Shown here: in pieces, positions 14,001-25,754 of the stretch
How positions within the stretch are numbered: the first letter of the stretch is position 1
Layout: each line of letters starts with the position of its first letter
Assembly (NCBI GenBank): GCA_000934665.2
Contig: KZ538946.1
Span: forward strand, 1 to 59,197
Reading direction: 5' to 3'
DNA length: 59,197 bases
Origin: Catajapyx aquilonaris
Lineage: Eukaryota
Program-made: the position numbers and the translations under genes
Notes under the pieces: model-generated
Database searches by the model: none
The model's input: only the letters and a program-made list of their open reading frames with translations
What the model was told of the DNA's origin: nothing

Positions 14001-16894
14001 CTTTGCTCTTCTTCCTGTGGAGCGCTTTTAACTGGTGCCATATAACGTGGCTCTTTGATTATACTTATACGAGTTATCTGGGGAAAAAATTTGCAAAACC
14101 ATCCGGACCCCATCATGTTTGGGCCGTAATGATTACACCGTGGTAAACCTCTCGTGTTTTTCTTCTATCTTTTGTGGGGGGGCCCTACAACTCCTTCGGT
14201 TCCGATGGGTCAGATATTTCCCCGCAGCGTAACCGTAAATTACAGCCCACTCCTTCACGGTAGTTGCTTCCCGGGGTTCATGCCCCTTTTGCTGATGGCC
14301 CCTGCCTTGCCTAATCGAAACCATTTGGGTTGCAAGGTGGCTTGGTTGCCAGGTATGAGGAATTCTTGCGCATTAACCACTCGATGAATACGTGAGATTT
14401 CCGGGAAATGGGAATTGACCCAGTTGGGGTCTGTGCCTCTTTGTCCACAGGGTTTGGCTGATTGTTAGCGACAATATTCGGTGTGTCAACAGTGGTGCCC
14501 CAGGTCCATTTAGGGTCCCGGAAGCAGCGTCTCTAACGAGCCGTCACCTGATTAGACGGGTTTGCTCCGAAGATGGCCTCTTTTTCTCTCCTCCAAAGTC
14601 GGAAGCAAGAAAGGGCTGGGAGTATGGTCAAGTGTAGGGTGTGTGTGGGAGGCTGTGCCCCCGAGGGGTCAGATTACAAGAGGCCCAGAGTTGGCAGCAA
14701 TTTGCCAAGTTTGGCGCGAACTGGTGACCCCCCTGGCGCCACTGGGTGTGTAATCAAGCCTGGATGGATCTGATTAAGAAGTTGCCAGTTGCTTGTGGGC
14801 TGCAACGGGGGTGACACAACCCTATCATTATATGTACAGGGTGGGTACAGAGCTGGAGGATTAAAAGGTAGGGCACGCACTTTACATGTTCGCGGAGTGA
14901 CATGCCTTAGAGCCAACCCGGTTTTCTAGAGCAGGTGACAACTCCGATTAGCCATTTATATTAAGAGAAAACGCGCGGTTCTTGGGGCCGTTGATCATAA
15001 AAACCGGAATTGCAAAAGACTCGTGTTGTGTTTTGGGGCGTCTCCCAGGAGGATGAGTCGCTATCAACTTCCGCCGAGTGTAACGAGGATTTAGGACCCG
15101 GATTCTGAATGGGTCGCAGCCTGATGAAACCTTTAGGACCCCCGATGACTCCAACCCAGGGTACAAAAAAAGAGACATCACCCTCCATTACTCACTCCCC
15201 ATCCCGCAAAACCTAAAACACAAACCATGCATATGGATGATGGGGACACCCCCCCTTCTATGGAGGCAGCATTTGGTCTTCTTTCTAGTCCGGAACAAAG
15301 GACACGCAAAATCTGATTTTCTCAAGTCCTGGAAATACTCGCGGATTCTATACTAAATGCGGAATCGTCCGCCAGGGTCTTGGTAACTACACTAGCGCCA
15401 AGTGCTTACAGGTGGGAAGTATAGGCTCACAAGGTGTCTCCATAAGGCTGGAGAGTAGCAGCGTTCTTAATTCCAGGCGCGGATTGTCTTTCACAGCCTC
15501 CCTTTTGGTCATCTCGACAGTGGCAGGGTCGCCCCCAGATCAATAATAGATGGGTTAATGTAACTTAACGCCGGGGGGATGCGCGCGCTGTGATTTTTTT
15601 TTGTAAGCTCTTATATCACAGGGAAAGAGAAGGGGGGTGTTATGGCCCGAGAGAGGGGTGAGAGAGAGGACCCCCCTTCGCGGTCTGAGGTCATCCTCAG
15701 GGAGATTTGCCGGCTTATTGAAGGCACCCCGCAATCGATTTAAGTGGTGGTTTTGCAAAATGGAGGAACAGAAAGGGGGAGAACCTTTTTTGTATCCCCC
15801 CATGTGCCGCGGCTCACCAGAGAACAGAAAGGCAAGTGATAAGGATTGACATCCTACAAAAAAAGGCCGTATCTGCACAATGTCCAGATACGGCTTTTTT
15901 GGGGGGTGCTAAACAAGGTCAGTGCCACAACTCGTGGCACCCTATGCCCTTCGACTCTGAGAGAGTGTGTCTGGGATCTTCCGGCCAGAAGCAATGGCCA
16001 TAAATTACTCGGAGGCGCAAGGATGGGGGCAAACCCCTTTCGTGTCCGGGGGTTGGTTTGGCGGGCATCCCTTGCAATCACCCCCACCCCCCAAACCCTT
16101 CCAAAGCTCAATGGTCTATAGTCAAATCCCTCCCGACAAACCCTCTTCTCACAAACTCTCGCCTACAACATTGCGATCTTGGCTTACCATCTGGCTACTA
16201 AACTACACCTCCTTTGTTCTTTCGTATACTATAATTAAATGCAACTTTTTGGCCACATTTTTGTTCATCCCGAATCGTGTCGACTTGTTGCTGTTTGTCA
16301 GTCGCCACCCACGTGCACCAAGAAGGAAATGGCAGTCGTCAAAAAAGCGACGTCCTGTTGTCCCACCCCTGCCCTAGAAGAATGGAGAAAAAAAGGGCCA
16401 CACACACTCCTGTCAGTCATCATCCGAAAAAATAACGCGTTTCCATCGACTCCTGTGGTGACGTCAGGCCCCAGTCGAGTCAAAGTCGTGGGACTCAGAT
16501 CGATGGAATTTCTCCCCCCCTCAACCGCATAGAGAAAATGTCCAGTTTGTAATATTGGATTTCGGTCACGTCCTTGTAACCTCTTTAATGTTGTACCGTC
16601 ATAGGCCGCCCGGGGACACCCACCTTGCACATACACACACACACCAAGAAAGAAAACCTACTCTTGAGACTATCTCTTGGTCTTGGCCACCGCTGCTTGG
16701 GTGTGAGGAACTGCTGGTGTAAATATAGTGCTAACCAGCATGAGGCCTATTCTGCTTCAAACCCATCACCTCCTGCTGATGCCCATGCAAACTGATTGGC
16801 TGACTCCCATCTGATAAAACGACACATTCATCCTAAACCAGCGTCTCAACAACACAATACCGAAGGAGGCTCGGAGGTTAAAAAAGCGCTTTTC

Positions 16895-17450
16895 TTGCAT
16901 CTGGACACCCTGCTTGGTTAGAACCACTGGGTCTGAACACCCTGTTTGATTGACACCACTGCGCTGCCACTGCGTCTGGACAGGCTGATTGAAACAACTG
17001 CGTCTGGACACACTGCTTGGTTGAAACCAGCATCTGAATACCCTGCTTGGTTGACACAACTGCGTCCGGACACCCTATTTGGTTGAAACCACTGCGTCTG
17101 GACACCCTGATTGAAACAACTGGGTCTGGACACCCTGCGTGGTTCTAACAACTGCGTCTGGACACACTGCTTGGTTGAAACTAGCATCTGGATACCCTGA
17201 TTAGTTGAAACTAGCATATGGATACTCTGATTGGTTGAAACTAGAATCTGGATACCCTGATTGGTTGAAACAACTGCGTCTGGATACCCTGATTGGTTGA
17301 AACCACTGCGTCTGGACACCCTGCGTGGTTGAACCCAGCATCTGGATACCCTGCTTGGTTGACACCACTGCGTCTGGACACCCTGCTTGATTGAAATTTT
17401 ATTTTTCCTCGCGTCTGGACATCCTGACGGCATCTGGCTACCCTGACACA
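16895..17450. repeat. Degenerate ~30-bp minisatellite
   Basis: Many copies of ctgcgtctggacaccctgcttggttgaaac. Confidence 0.92.
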
Positions 17451-17992
17451 GTGGCGCCAAATTTGAATGAGATTCGTGCGAGGTCGCAGAAAAGTGTCGT
17501 TTCCTCCGCCATTTTTTAAAGGAGAGTCGTAATTAAGTGTAGGGGGGTCTAGATGTGGGTGGAATTCCACCCCGTAGGGCCTCGCCATTAATTTCTGTGG
17601 AATCATCAAGATTTTGGGCGTAATCCAACCCGACCGTTGACGGCCGGCTTCTTTGTGCATACATCAATCATGTGGGTTCTTTTTTTTTTGCGAGCCTCCC
17701 CTCCAATTCCGCGATATCTGATTGGATGTAAGAATCTGCCAGAATACCAGGTTTGACAAGCTTTCCCCACTTGCAAGACACGACCCGGTGTTTACTTTGG
17801 AGGGGGAAACATTTCCTGTTGCCTGCGCAAGTCATTATATGTAGGTGGCCATGTTACAAGGGGTGACCTGTGGACCTCCCTGTGGGGGGTTGTGGTCAAG
17901 GTCACTTAGCTGTTCCTTATATATGCTTTCAAGCGGGTGAGCCAGACTTGTCCGGGGGTTTTCGATGGGGAAGTTGCAACAACTGTTGTTAC

Positions 17993-18170
17993 CTTTACGG
18001 CCAATTAATATCTAGCTGGTTTCACCAAACTTAAACTGGAGTTAACTTTAACGGCCAGTTAATATCTAGCTGGTTTCACCAAACCTAAACTGGAGTTAAC
18101 TTTAACGGCCAGTTAATATCTAGCTGGTTTCACCAAACCTAAACTGGAGTTAACTTTAACGGCCAGTTAA
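17993..18170. repeat. 54-bp tandem repeat, about 3.2 copies
   Basis: acggccagttaatatctagctggtttcaccaaacctaaactggagttaacttta at 17997, 18051 and 18105. Confidence 0.95.
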
Positions 18171-18894
18171 GGTGCAACCGACCCCTGATTGGCGGGTTTT
18201 TTCTGATGGCTAGAGATGATGTGGCGCAATATTAGTGGGACCCGGGAGCCATCATCTCCGCGCCATTTTCATGACAATCGTCCGTCTGGGCAATTAAGCC
18301 CGTGTCCCCCACGGCGCCTTGTCATTTCCAGCCCCCCCGTCACACTGAGCCCCCGAGGCTTAAGCCCGCAGGACTCAAACCTGCATTTGGAGCCGGGGGC
18401 CAAACAATGCGGCCCAGGGGCGGACCCCACATATCCTCCTCCCCCAACCCAAAAGGAAACTAATCCGGCCGGATCGGGATGACCTCTCCAGCCACGAGGC
18501 TGCCCATCTCTTGACCTCACAGCTCCTTGGCACACATTCAGAAAGCCTAATGGGCCCATACAGGGTGCTCCAAAAGGTGCAAACACTGCTGATTGTTCAA
18601 ACTAAACTTTCTTAGCTTCAACCGGAGGCAGTGGGCCGTCATGTAGTTTCCTGCTTCATCATAGGGCGCGTGTTTGCTTATTGAGACGAGTGGGGTTCCC
18701 CCCTACCCTCCCACCTCCAACCACCACTTATTCCAGAGCTTTTTGAGTGACAGGTGTTTGCGGTTGGATGCCTCTGGCCGAGAGAGACACAGGCATTACA
18801 AGGTACAGGGGGCTACCTCACCACACTTCCTCTCTACAAGCTTGCTCAGGGGGTTGTCATTCCCGTGTCGAAAATGGCAACACCAATTCACACT

Positions 18895-19985
18895 TGTAGC
18901 CGCTATCAGTAACTGCTATTTTGGCATAACCGAGTTCACTAACTGCTGTTATAAAACCGGTTATAATTGGTTTCAAAACCTGCTATTGGTGTAACTGATA
19001 TCAGTAGCTGCAATTCTAGCGCCACTGATTTGTGATTACTGCTCCTTTGTCGTAACTGCTATTATGATTTTAATAACTTAACTTAAGTAGCTTTATTGCT
19101 GTAACTAATTTCAATAACTGCTATTAGTGCAACTGATTTCAGTAACCGTTATGTCATAACTGATATCAGAAGCTGTCATTTTATTGTCACTGATTTAAAC
19201 AACTGCTACTTTGTCGTTACTGCGATTCTGATTTCAGTAACTGTTAAGTGAACTCCTGCAGCTGTCATTCTGTTACTACTGATTTCAGTGACTATGATTG
19301 TTATAACTGATATAAGTAGCTTGTATTCTACCGTCACTGATTTTAATAACTGCCCCTTTGTCGTAACTGCCATTCTTATTTCAATCACGGTTAACTTAAG
19401 TAGCTTTATTGCTATGAGCCTATGACTAATTTCAGTAACTGCTATTATATTATAACAAGTTTCAATAACTGCTATTTGTGCAACTGCTTTCAGTAACCGT
19501 TATTATGTTATAATTGATATCAGAAGCTGCTATACAGGGTGGTCCAAGTTCAAGTGTCGTTTTATAACGGCGATTAATAGCAGTAATTTTGCGATGACGT
19601 AGCAGCGACGTGTAAAATTGCCCACTTCGATTGCGCCGAAGTGGGACATTTTACGCGTCGCTGCTACGTCATCGCAAAATCACTGCTATTAATCGCCGTT
19701 ATAAAACGACACTTGAACTTGGACCACCCTGTATTATTGTCACAGATTTTAATAAATGATGTTTTGTCATAACTGCCATTCTGATTTCAGTAACTATTAA
19801 CTTCAGTAGCCGTTATTTTCATATAACTGATTTCGGTAACTTCTATTCTGCCATCACTGTTATTTTAAATAACTTCAACTTTGACGTAGCTGCTATTTTG
19901 ATGTTAATAATTTCAACTTTGACGTAGCTGCTATATTGATGTTAATAACTTCTACTTCGGTAACGGCTGCGGTGTAACTGTTTAT
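18895..19985. repeat. AT-rich degenerate (taactg/gtaact) simple repeat region
   Basis: Dense taactg/ttcagtaac motifs, interrupted by the MITE at 19535-19731. Confidence 0.8.
19535..19731. mobile_element. Palindromic Tc1/mariner-type MITE
   Basis: TA|CAGGGTGGTCCAAGTTCAAGTGTCG ... CGACACTTGAACTTGGACCACCCTG|TA. TA target duplication; arms near-perfect over almost the whole 197 bp. Confidence 0.9.
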
Positions 19986-20809
19986 CTTACTGCGATGCTT
20001 ATAGCACGACGAAACCTAACTTATGGGCGGGCGTGTACTCTTTTTTTTCCCTATAACTGCTAGTGTGTATAGGGCGACGTTACCGCGATTTATGGTATGA
20101 CGCGACAGCTGTAGTGCCAAATTTTGGGCCGTGAACTATATAAACCGGGCGGTTGATGTCTCCGAACCGCCGTCAACGTCATGGTCGCATCATCGGTGGG
20201 GGGGGAAAAAAGAGAGGAGTGGCGGAAACTGGGCATAACCTTTAAAAAACATTGTGTACTGATATCGTCCCCTCTCGCTCACTTGAAAAAATTGCAACAT
20301 AGCGGAGTCGCTTATATGATGGCGATACCTCGTAGACATGAACGACGTTTCCTGATTGGCGTATCCGGGGCGACGGATATCCCTGTGGCGATGCATGTGT
20401 TACAATACACTGTTCTTTCTCCCTCCCTCCCCGCCGTCCCTCCCTCCCCTCCCGATCGGACGAAGACAATAGTGTCCAGTGGATGAATCGACGAGATCCG
20501 CGTCACTCTGCCTGAAATGACGGGCCGGAATTCGATCGGCGGATAGTAGCCCTCCTCTCTCCCTGTATACAACCCCCCTGCTCTCTCTCTCCCCCCTTAT
20601 GATTTGGCGATGAAGCTGTCCATTGTGGTGCGGTGGGTCGGTGGGTGGGTGGGGGGAGAAACAGAGTTGATGTGGTGCCTTGGTGAGGCGACGCCGCAAT
20701 CAACCCGCGGTTAATCCATAAAACCCGTGGCCCCAAACACTCCACTACAACACTTGCGCTCACTTCTAAGCTGATGGAGCCAGGGGGGTCAGGCACAGAG
20801 TGACTGAGG

Positions 20810-21115
20810 GTGACATAGGGGGTTGGGGGGGAATAGTTGCTACAATTTCAACAGGTTGCTGGAGTGAACGCCTGCAGAACATAAGAAGTGCCGGCTGGTC
20901 TTGACGACGCGACGTGTCCCCGTCAGGCACGGTCCGTCCATTATCGCGGAGACGGGCGGGGAGGGGGGTCAACCACTGAGTGACCTCGCGTGACATGGGG
21001 AGATAGTTGCTGCAATTTCAACAGGTTGCTGGAATTAACGCCTGCAGATAAGAAATGTCGGCTGATCTTTACTACGCGACGAAGTGTCCCCGCCAGGTCA
21101 GGGTCGTCCATTAGC
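20810..21115. repeat. Diverged ~130-bp direct duplication
   Basis: gtgacat.ggg...atagttgct.caatttcaacaggttgctgga.t.aacgcctgcaga at about 20810 and 20990. Confidence 0.8.
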
Positions 21116-21989
21116 ATCCTTCGTTGGACGACCGAGGGTTCCGATTGGCCCCTGTTCTACGCCTGCGTAATGGAGGGAGCCAGCGCCTCTGGTGGATTGG
21201 AGGAGGAACTAGTATTAGTTAATTGCGGATCTGGACCCTTGTTGTGGAGCATGTAACCGCAAATATTGGCCAACGAACGTTATTGTGGCTTTACCACGGC
21301 GACGGACGCTCTCTCTGAACTGCCCCAAGCCACTTGGTCGTGTAGTAAAAAAATCTTCCGAGTCGCCCACATTGAATGGTGTTGGCGATTGTGAAATGCT
21401 GTATCTTCAGGTGTCCCTCTTAATTTAATGGCTCTCCCCCCGTACGAGTTTAGTGCCACGCCGTGCCACGCCTCTTGGAGACACTTTTTTTTCTTCTTCT
21501 TCTTCCTCCTCCTCCAAAACGCCTGATTAAAAAGTTACACGGGCCGGAGACATAGGAAGGCAACGAGATGACTTTAGGACTACCAATATGGAGCCCTGTA
21601 AAAGTGGGAGGAGGAGAGAGAGAGAAAAAAAAATTGTTGAAGAGGCGAAGAGTTTTGTAAAGGGGCGGCCCCCGTGCTGAGATAACCCAGCCAGGGGTCC
21701 GTCTTCACAGTTCCCGACTCCTTCCAGAATACTTATCTCACCTTCTTTTTCTTTCTCCCCGTTTTTTTTCTCTCCTCTCCCTCACTCCCACCTTCTCGGA
21801 TAATGAAACTCGTGCCGGGATCGAAAAACATGGTCGTCACACTTCCCTCCACCCGGATTAGCTTTCCAGATTTGGAAGTTTAACGCCGGCTCTTATCAGA
21901 AAGGTTACGTCACGAAGCAAGGTGCCAACAGGAAAGTTGTCTCCGGCCAATCAGAAGCTTGCGTTTTAGCCTGAAGTGTTCTCGAACAA

Positions 21990-22356
21990 AGAGTATGTCC
22001 GTCCGTCTGTGGGCAGGCATCAGGGTCTAAAACTCTAGAGATAGTGACAAACGGTTTTCGGATTCGGATTCAGCGCGACCAAAATAGGTTTCATGGCCCA
22101 ACTTCCGGTGCCACTTCCGGTTCACTCTCTTGAGTATCTTCCATCGAGTCTACATTGCTTTAGAAATTAATATTTCTTATAGGTTACATTGCTTTAGAAA
22201 TTAATATTTCTTATAGGTTACATTGCTTTAGAAATTAATATTTCTTATAGGTTACATTGCTTTAGAAATTAATTTCTTATAGGTTACATTGCTTTAGAAA
22301 TTAATATTTCTTATAGGTTACAGTCATGGCAACGAGAAATGAGACCGACATCATTG
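21990..22356 (+). mobile_element. DINE-1/Helentron(HINE)-like non-autonomous element with an internal 34-bp tandem expansion
   Basis: gtccgtccgtctgt motif and 5 copies of tacattgctttagaaattaatatttcttataggt (22151-22321). Colinear inverted homolog at 24455-24692. Family assignment is inferred from the GTCY motif and internal tandem repeats. Confidence 0.6.
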
Positions 22357-22483
22357 TTGCGCAATTGGAATTTTATTGGCAATGAGACAAAGTATACTCG
22401 AATCATGCTGGCGTGGATTTGCCAATCGGAAGCTTGCGTTACGTTATTAGAGGGGACACGACCGTCTGATATAAATTAAATTT

Positions 22484-22738
22484 CCTCGGTCGCACGATCA
22501 GCGTCTGGTCGTGCGATTAAGGCTCAAATCGCTGGCCTTGATTCGTTCTTTTTCCGTCATCGGATGGCGCCACCAGTACGACACATTTTCCGACGTGGGC
22601 GGAGCGAGTGGCGATTTCACCGCCCACGTCGGAAAATGTGTCGTACTGGTGGCGCCACCCGATGGCGGGAAAAGAACGAATCAAGGCCTGCGATTTGAGC
22701 CTCGGTCGCACGACCAGACGCTGATCGTGCGACCGAGG
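22484..22738. mobile_element. 255-bp foldback/MITE-like palindrome
   Basis: cctcggtcgcacgatcagcgtctggtcgtgcga ... tcgcacgaccagacgctgatcgtgcgaccgagg. Arms of about 120 bp, nearly perfect. Confidence 0.88.
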
Positions 22739-23949
22739 CTCAATTCGCTATGAATTCGTTCTTTAGCAGCCACCAGGGTCCGTTATATAGGCAGGTTTCC
22801 TAATGATATTGTATGGTCGCGCGTGTGGCGTGACGTGCAGGTACACCACAGCAATCCTTGAAGTTTCAATCAGGGCCGGTGATGGGTGCCCCTCCCATCC
22901 CTTGCCCTTTAACACACATGTCCGGAGGGGTAGTCAGTCAGTCATAGTCCAGCAGCGTTGCCCTTGGCGTCATCATGCAAAACCCGATGAGTTGAGGAGT
23001 TATCTCCGGAATGAAGCGGTGGCCGGGTGGTATCTCCGCCGCCCCGGGGGCGAGACCGGGGTGGGCAAGCAAGCCCAGCTCGGGGCCTCCCCCGGAGGAG
23101 GTTTGGGGGCGATAAGCCCTGGCTGCTGAGAGCGGGGCGGGGGTAGCGATAAGCGAGTTGGGGTGGGGTGGCGGGTGGTGGGGGTGATGATGAGGTGCAA
23201 ATGAGCCAGTTACCATCGCCCCACACACACACACATACACACCCACAGCACCCAACCCCACCCCCTAGAGCTAGATAAAATCCCGCTTCCCCTTCCGCGG
23301 GTGTCCCCAAAAAGCCCCAGCCAGCCCTCCCTCCCCTCCCTCCAGGCCTCGAGCAGATAAGCTTTCAATTTTGCGGGTTGAATGGGACCGCTGATGATGT
23401 GCGGTCCGCCTGGCCCCGCTATCTCCCTGCCCCATCTAAATGAGGAAGGTAGACGCCGCGCCGCAGCTAATTGCTCCGGTTCCGGCCTCAGCCAGGGCGC
23501 CCTCAGATTTGCATAATCAGTCCAGTGGCTGAACCCCCAGAAGAAGAACCTGAAGAAGCGCGCACTGGACGAGCCCCAAAACGACCCAGGGGCATTCCCC
23601 CAAAAGCCATTTTACGAGCCAGTCTCCGGAAATCGACAAGGACCATCCGGACCGTGGCTAAAAATTCGAGCTGTAATAATAACATGGTAATAACATGGTA
23701 ATAATGTGGGCAACCCGTACATGAGCCCAGGTTGCGGGGGCCTAAGTTGGTTATTACGCGGGGCAAAGTGGCTATCAGGCTGTTTGCATTCCCCGAGCCC
23801 CCAGTGATTGGCGACGCGAAGGCCGTCACGCGCGCATCCCCCTCCGCCTCTCTCTTTACATCCGTGCTTATCAATTGTCACGCCGGAGGGTTTTGCGATG
23901 ACTCGCAGGATTTGCATTTTCGCACTCGGCAAAAGACCTGGCATCATAC

Positions 23950-24430
23950 ATACGCTCCTCTATAGGCCCGGCCAAGGAGCCAAAATCAGGAAAAAAAGCC
24001 GTATCTACACTACCTGACGAAAAACCAGCAAAAAAGCCGTATCTCCAATGACACTACCTAAACTAAGGTTGTCAGATCAAGCGAGCGTGATTCGAATAGA
24101 CTTTTCGTCATTGCAAAGGAAATTCAAATTTGCCCCAATTTGAATTTCCTTGGCAATGACAAAAAGTCGATTCGAATCACGCTCGCTTGATCAATGACAT
24201 ACAGTATATAATGTTGTCGGTCGCACTCGGCCAAGTCCGGGCTCCTGCGCTCCTCTCTTGGGCCGGCCATGGAGCCAAAATCCGGAAAAAAGCCGTATCT
24301 GCACTAATAAGACTGCACCTGACGAAAAACCAGCAAAAAAGCCTTATCTCCAATGATACTACCTAAACTAATGTTGTCAGATCAAGCGAGCGTGATTCGA
24401 ATAGACTTTGTCATTGGCAAAAAGATTCAA
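23950..24430. repeat. Local duplication containing a 118-bp palindrome (24075-24192)
   Basis: ggagccaaaatc.ggaaaaaagccgtatct...cctgacgaaaaaccagcaaaaaagcc...ctacctaaactaa.gttgtcagatcaagcgagcgtgattcgaatagac occurs twice; the first copy folds back on itself. Confidence 0.85.
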
Positions 24431-24454
24431 AGTGTGGACAACCAAATGTCATAG

Positions 24455-24692
24455 AATGTTGTCGGGCTCATTTCTCGTTGCCAGGTAACCTATAAGAAAA
24501 ATATCATTTCCAAAGCAGGTGGACTCGACCATGGAGGATATAGAGTGGACCCTGAAAACCGGAAGTGGCCGGTCACCGGAAGTTGCCTATGAACCTATTT
24601 GGAGTTAATATGAATCGGAATCTGAAAACCGTTTGTCACTATCTCTTGCGGTTTAGGCCCTGATACCTGTCCACAGACGGACGGACAGACTT
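24455..24692 (-). mobile_element. Second copy of the DINE-1/HINE-like element (no tandem expansion)
   Basis: Reverse complement aligns to 21990-22356 with a single copy of the 34-bp unit. Confidence 0.65.
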
Positions 24693-25535
24693 TTTTATGT
24701 GAGAAAAGTGTAAAATCAAGGATGGGGTGTGGAAGTCGTATCTGCACTGATAACACGTGACGGAAAATCAGCAAAAAAAAAGCCGTAACTTCACAGCCTA
24801 CACTTCCATTAATTAGTGTGAATGCGCAACTTTCCCGTCGTGTTGGTCCATTGTGCGCTTCCAGCAGCAGGGTGCCTGGAGGCTGAGCATTCAGCATCCA
24901 CATCCCGAGCGCGGAGAAGAAGTCCCTCACATGTGTGTGCATATGTTAGAAGGTAACGCCCGGAGCATCCCAACCCAAGGCATTATCCCCATGTTGGGGG
25001 GGTTGTGTTGCATCTGAGTTGCATTCTGGTGGTGCAGCATCCTCTCCCCATCTGCCTCTCTCTCTCTTCTTGTGTTGTATGCTGGAGGATCAATGGTTGG
25101 GTTGGGGGTTGGGGGTGGAAAGAGTGGGGGGTTTTGATAAGACCCGACAAGCCCCGGGGGCTGTTATCAGCCCGTGCGTGCCTGTTCCGCCGCTACTTAC
25201 CACTCCTCGCTTGTGATAACCCGACAGCCATTGTTTTAAAAATATTGCGGTTGCTGGGGACCCCCCCGAAACCCCCAGCTAACACGCGCCATCGTTGTGT
25301 TTCTCCCTTTTTCCAGCCTCAAAACTCCTTATCTCCAAGCTCGTTAGTGCTCCTCTGGGTCACTCCTGCTGGAGACAAACCCTTTCCACACACGTGTGTG
25401 CGCTTAATTCATAATTACATCTACGTGATGTCGTCTCACACCAAATCTGCCAAAAAATTTAAAAAATACCGGACGGTAGTACCATACCCCTCACATAGAT
25501 GGCCGCGGACAAACAGAGTCACCGATATAATTCTG

Positions 25536-25754
25536 GGGCCGAATTCAGAGAGGTTGCTTAACGTAAACGCGCCCGATTAAATCCTTTAGTCATCCTCGAT
25601 TAGCAAATTTAAAAGTGCTAGCAAGTGCGATTAGGGGGCGTTTAGCGCTAATCGCCGTCTTTGCATTAGCAGGTTGATTAAATTTGCTAATCGAGGCTGA
25701 CTAAAGGATTTAATCGGGCGCGTTTACGTTAAGCAACCTCTCTGAATTCGGCCC
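25536..25754. mobile_element. PIF/Harbinger (Tourist-like) MITE
   Basis: CTG|GGGCCGAATTCAGAGAGGTTGCTTAACG ... CGTTAAGCAACCTCTCTGAATTCGGCCC|CTG. 3-bp CTG target duplication and long TIRs. Confidence 0.85.

Noticed and set aside
16766..17660. Repetitive Q/S/V-rich ORFs
   Set aside because: Translations of the ~30-bp minisatellite.
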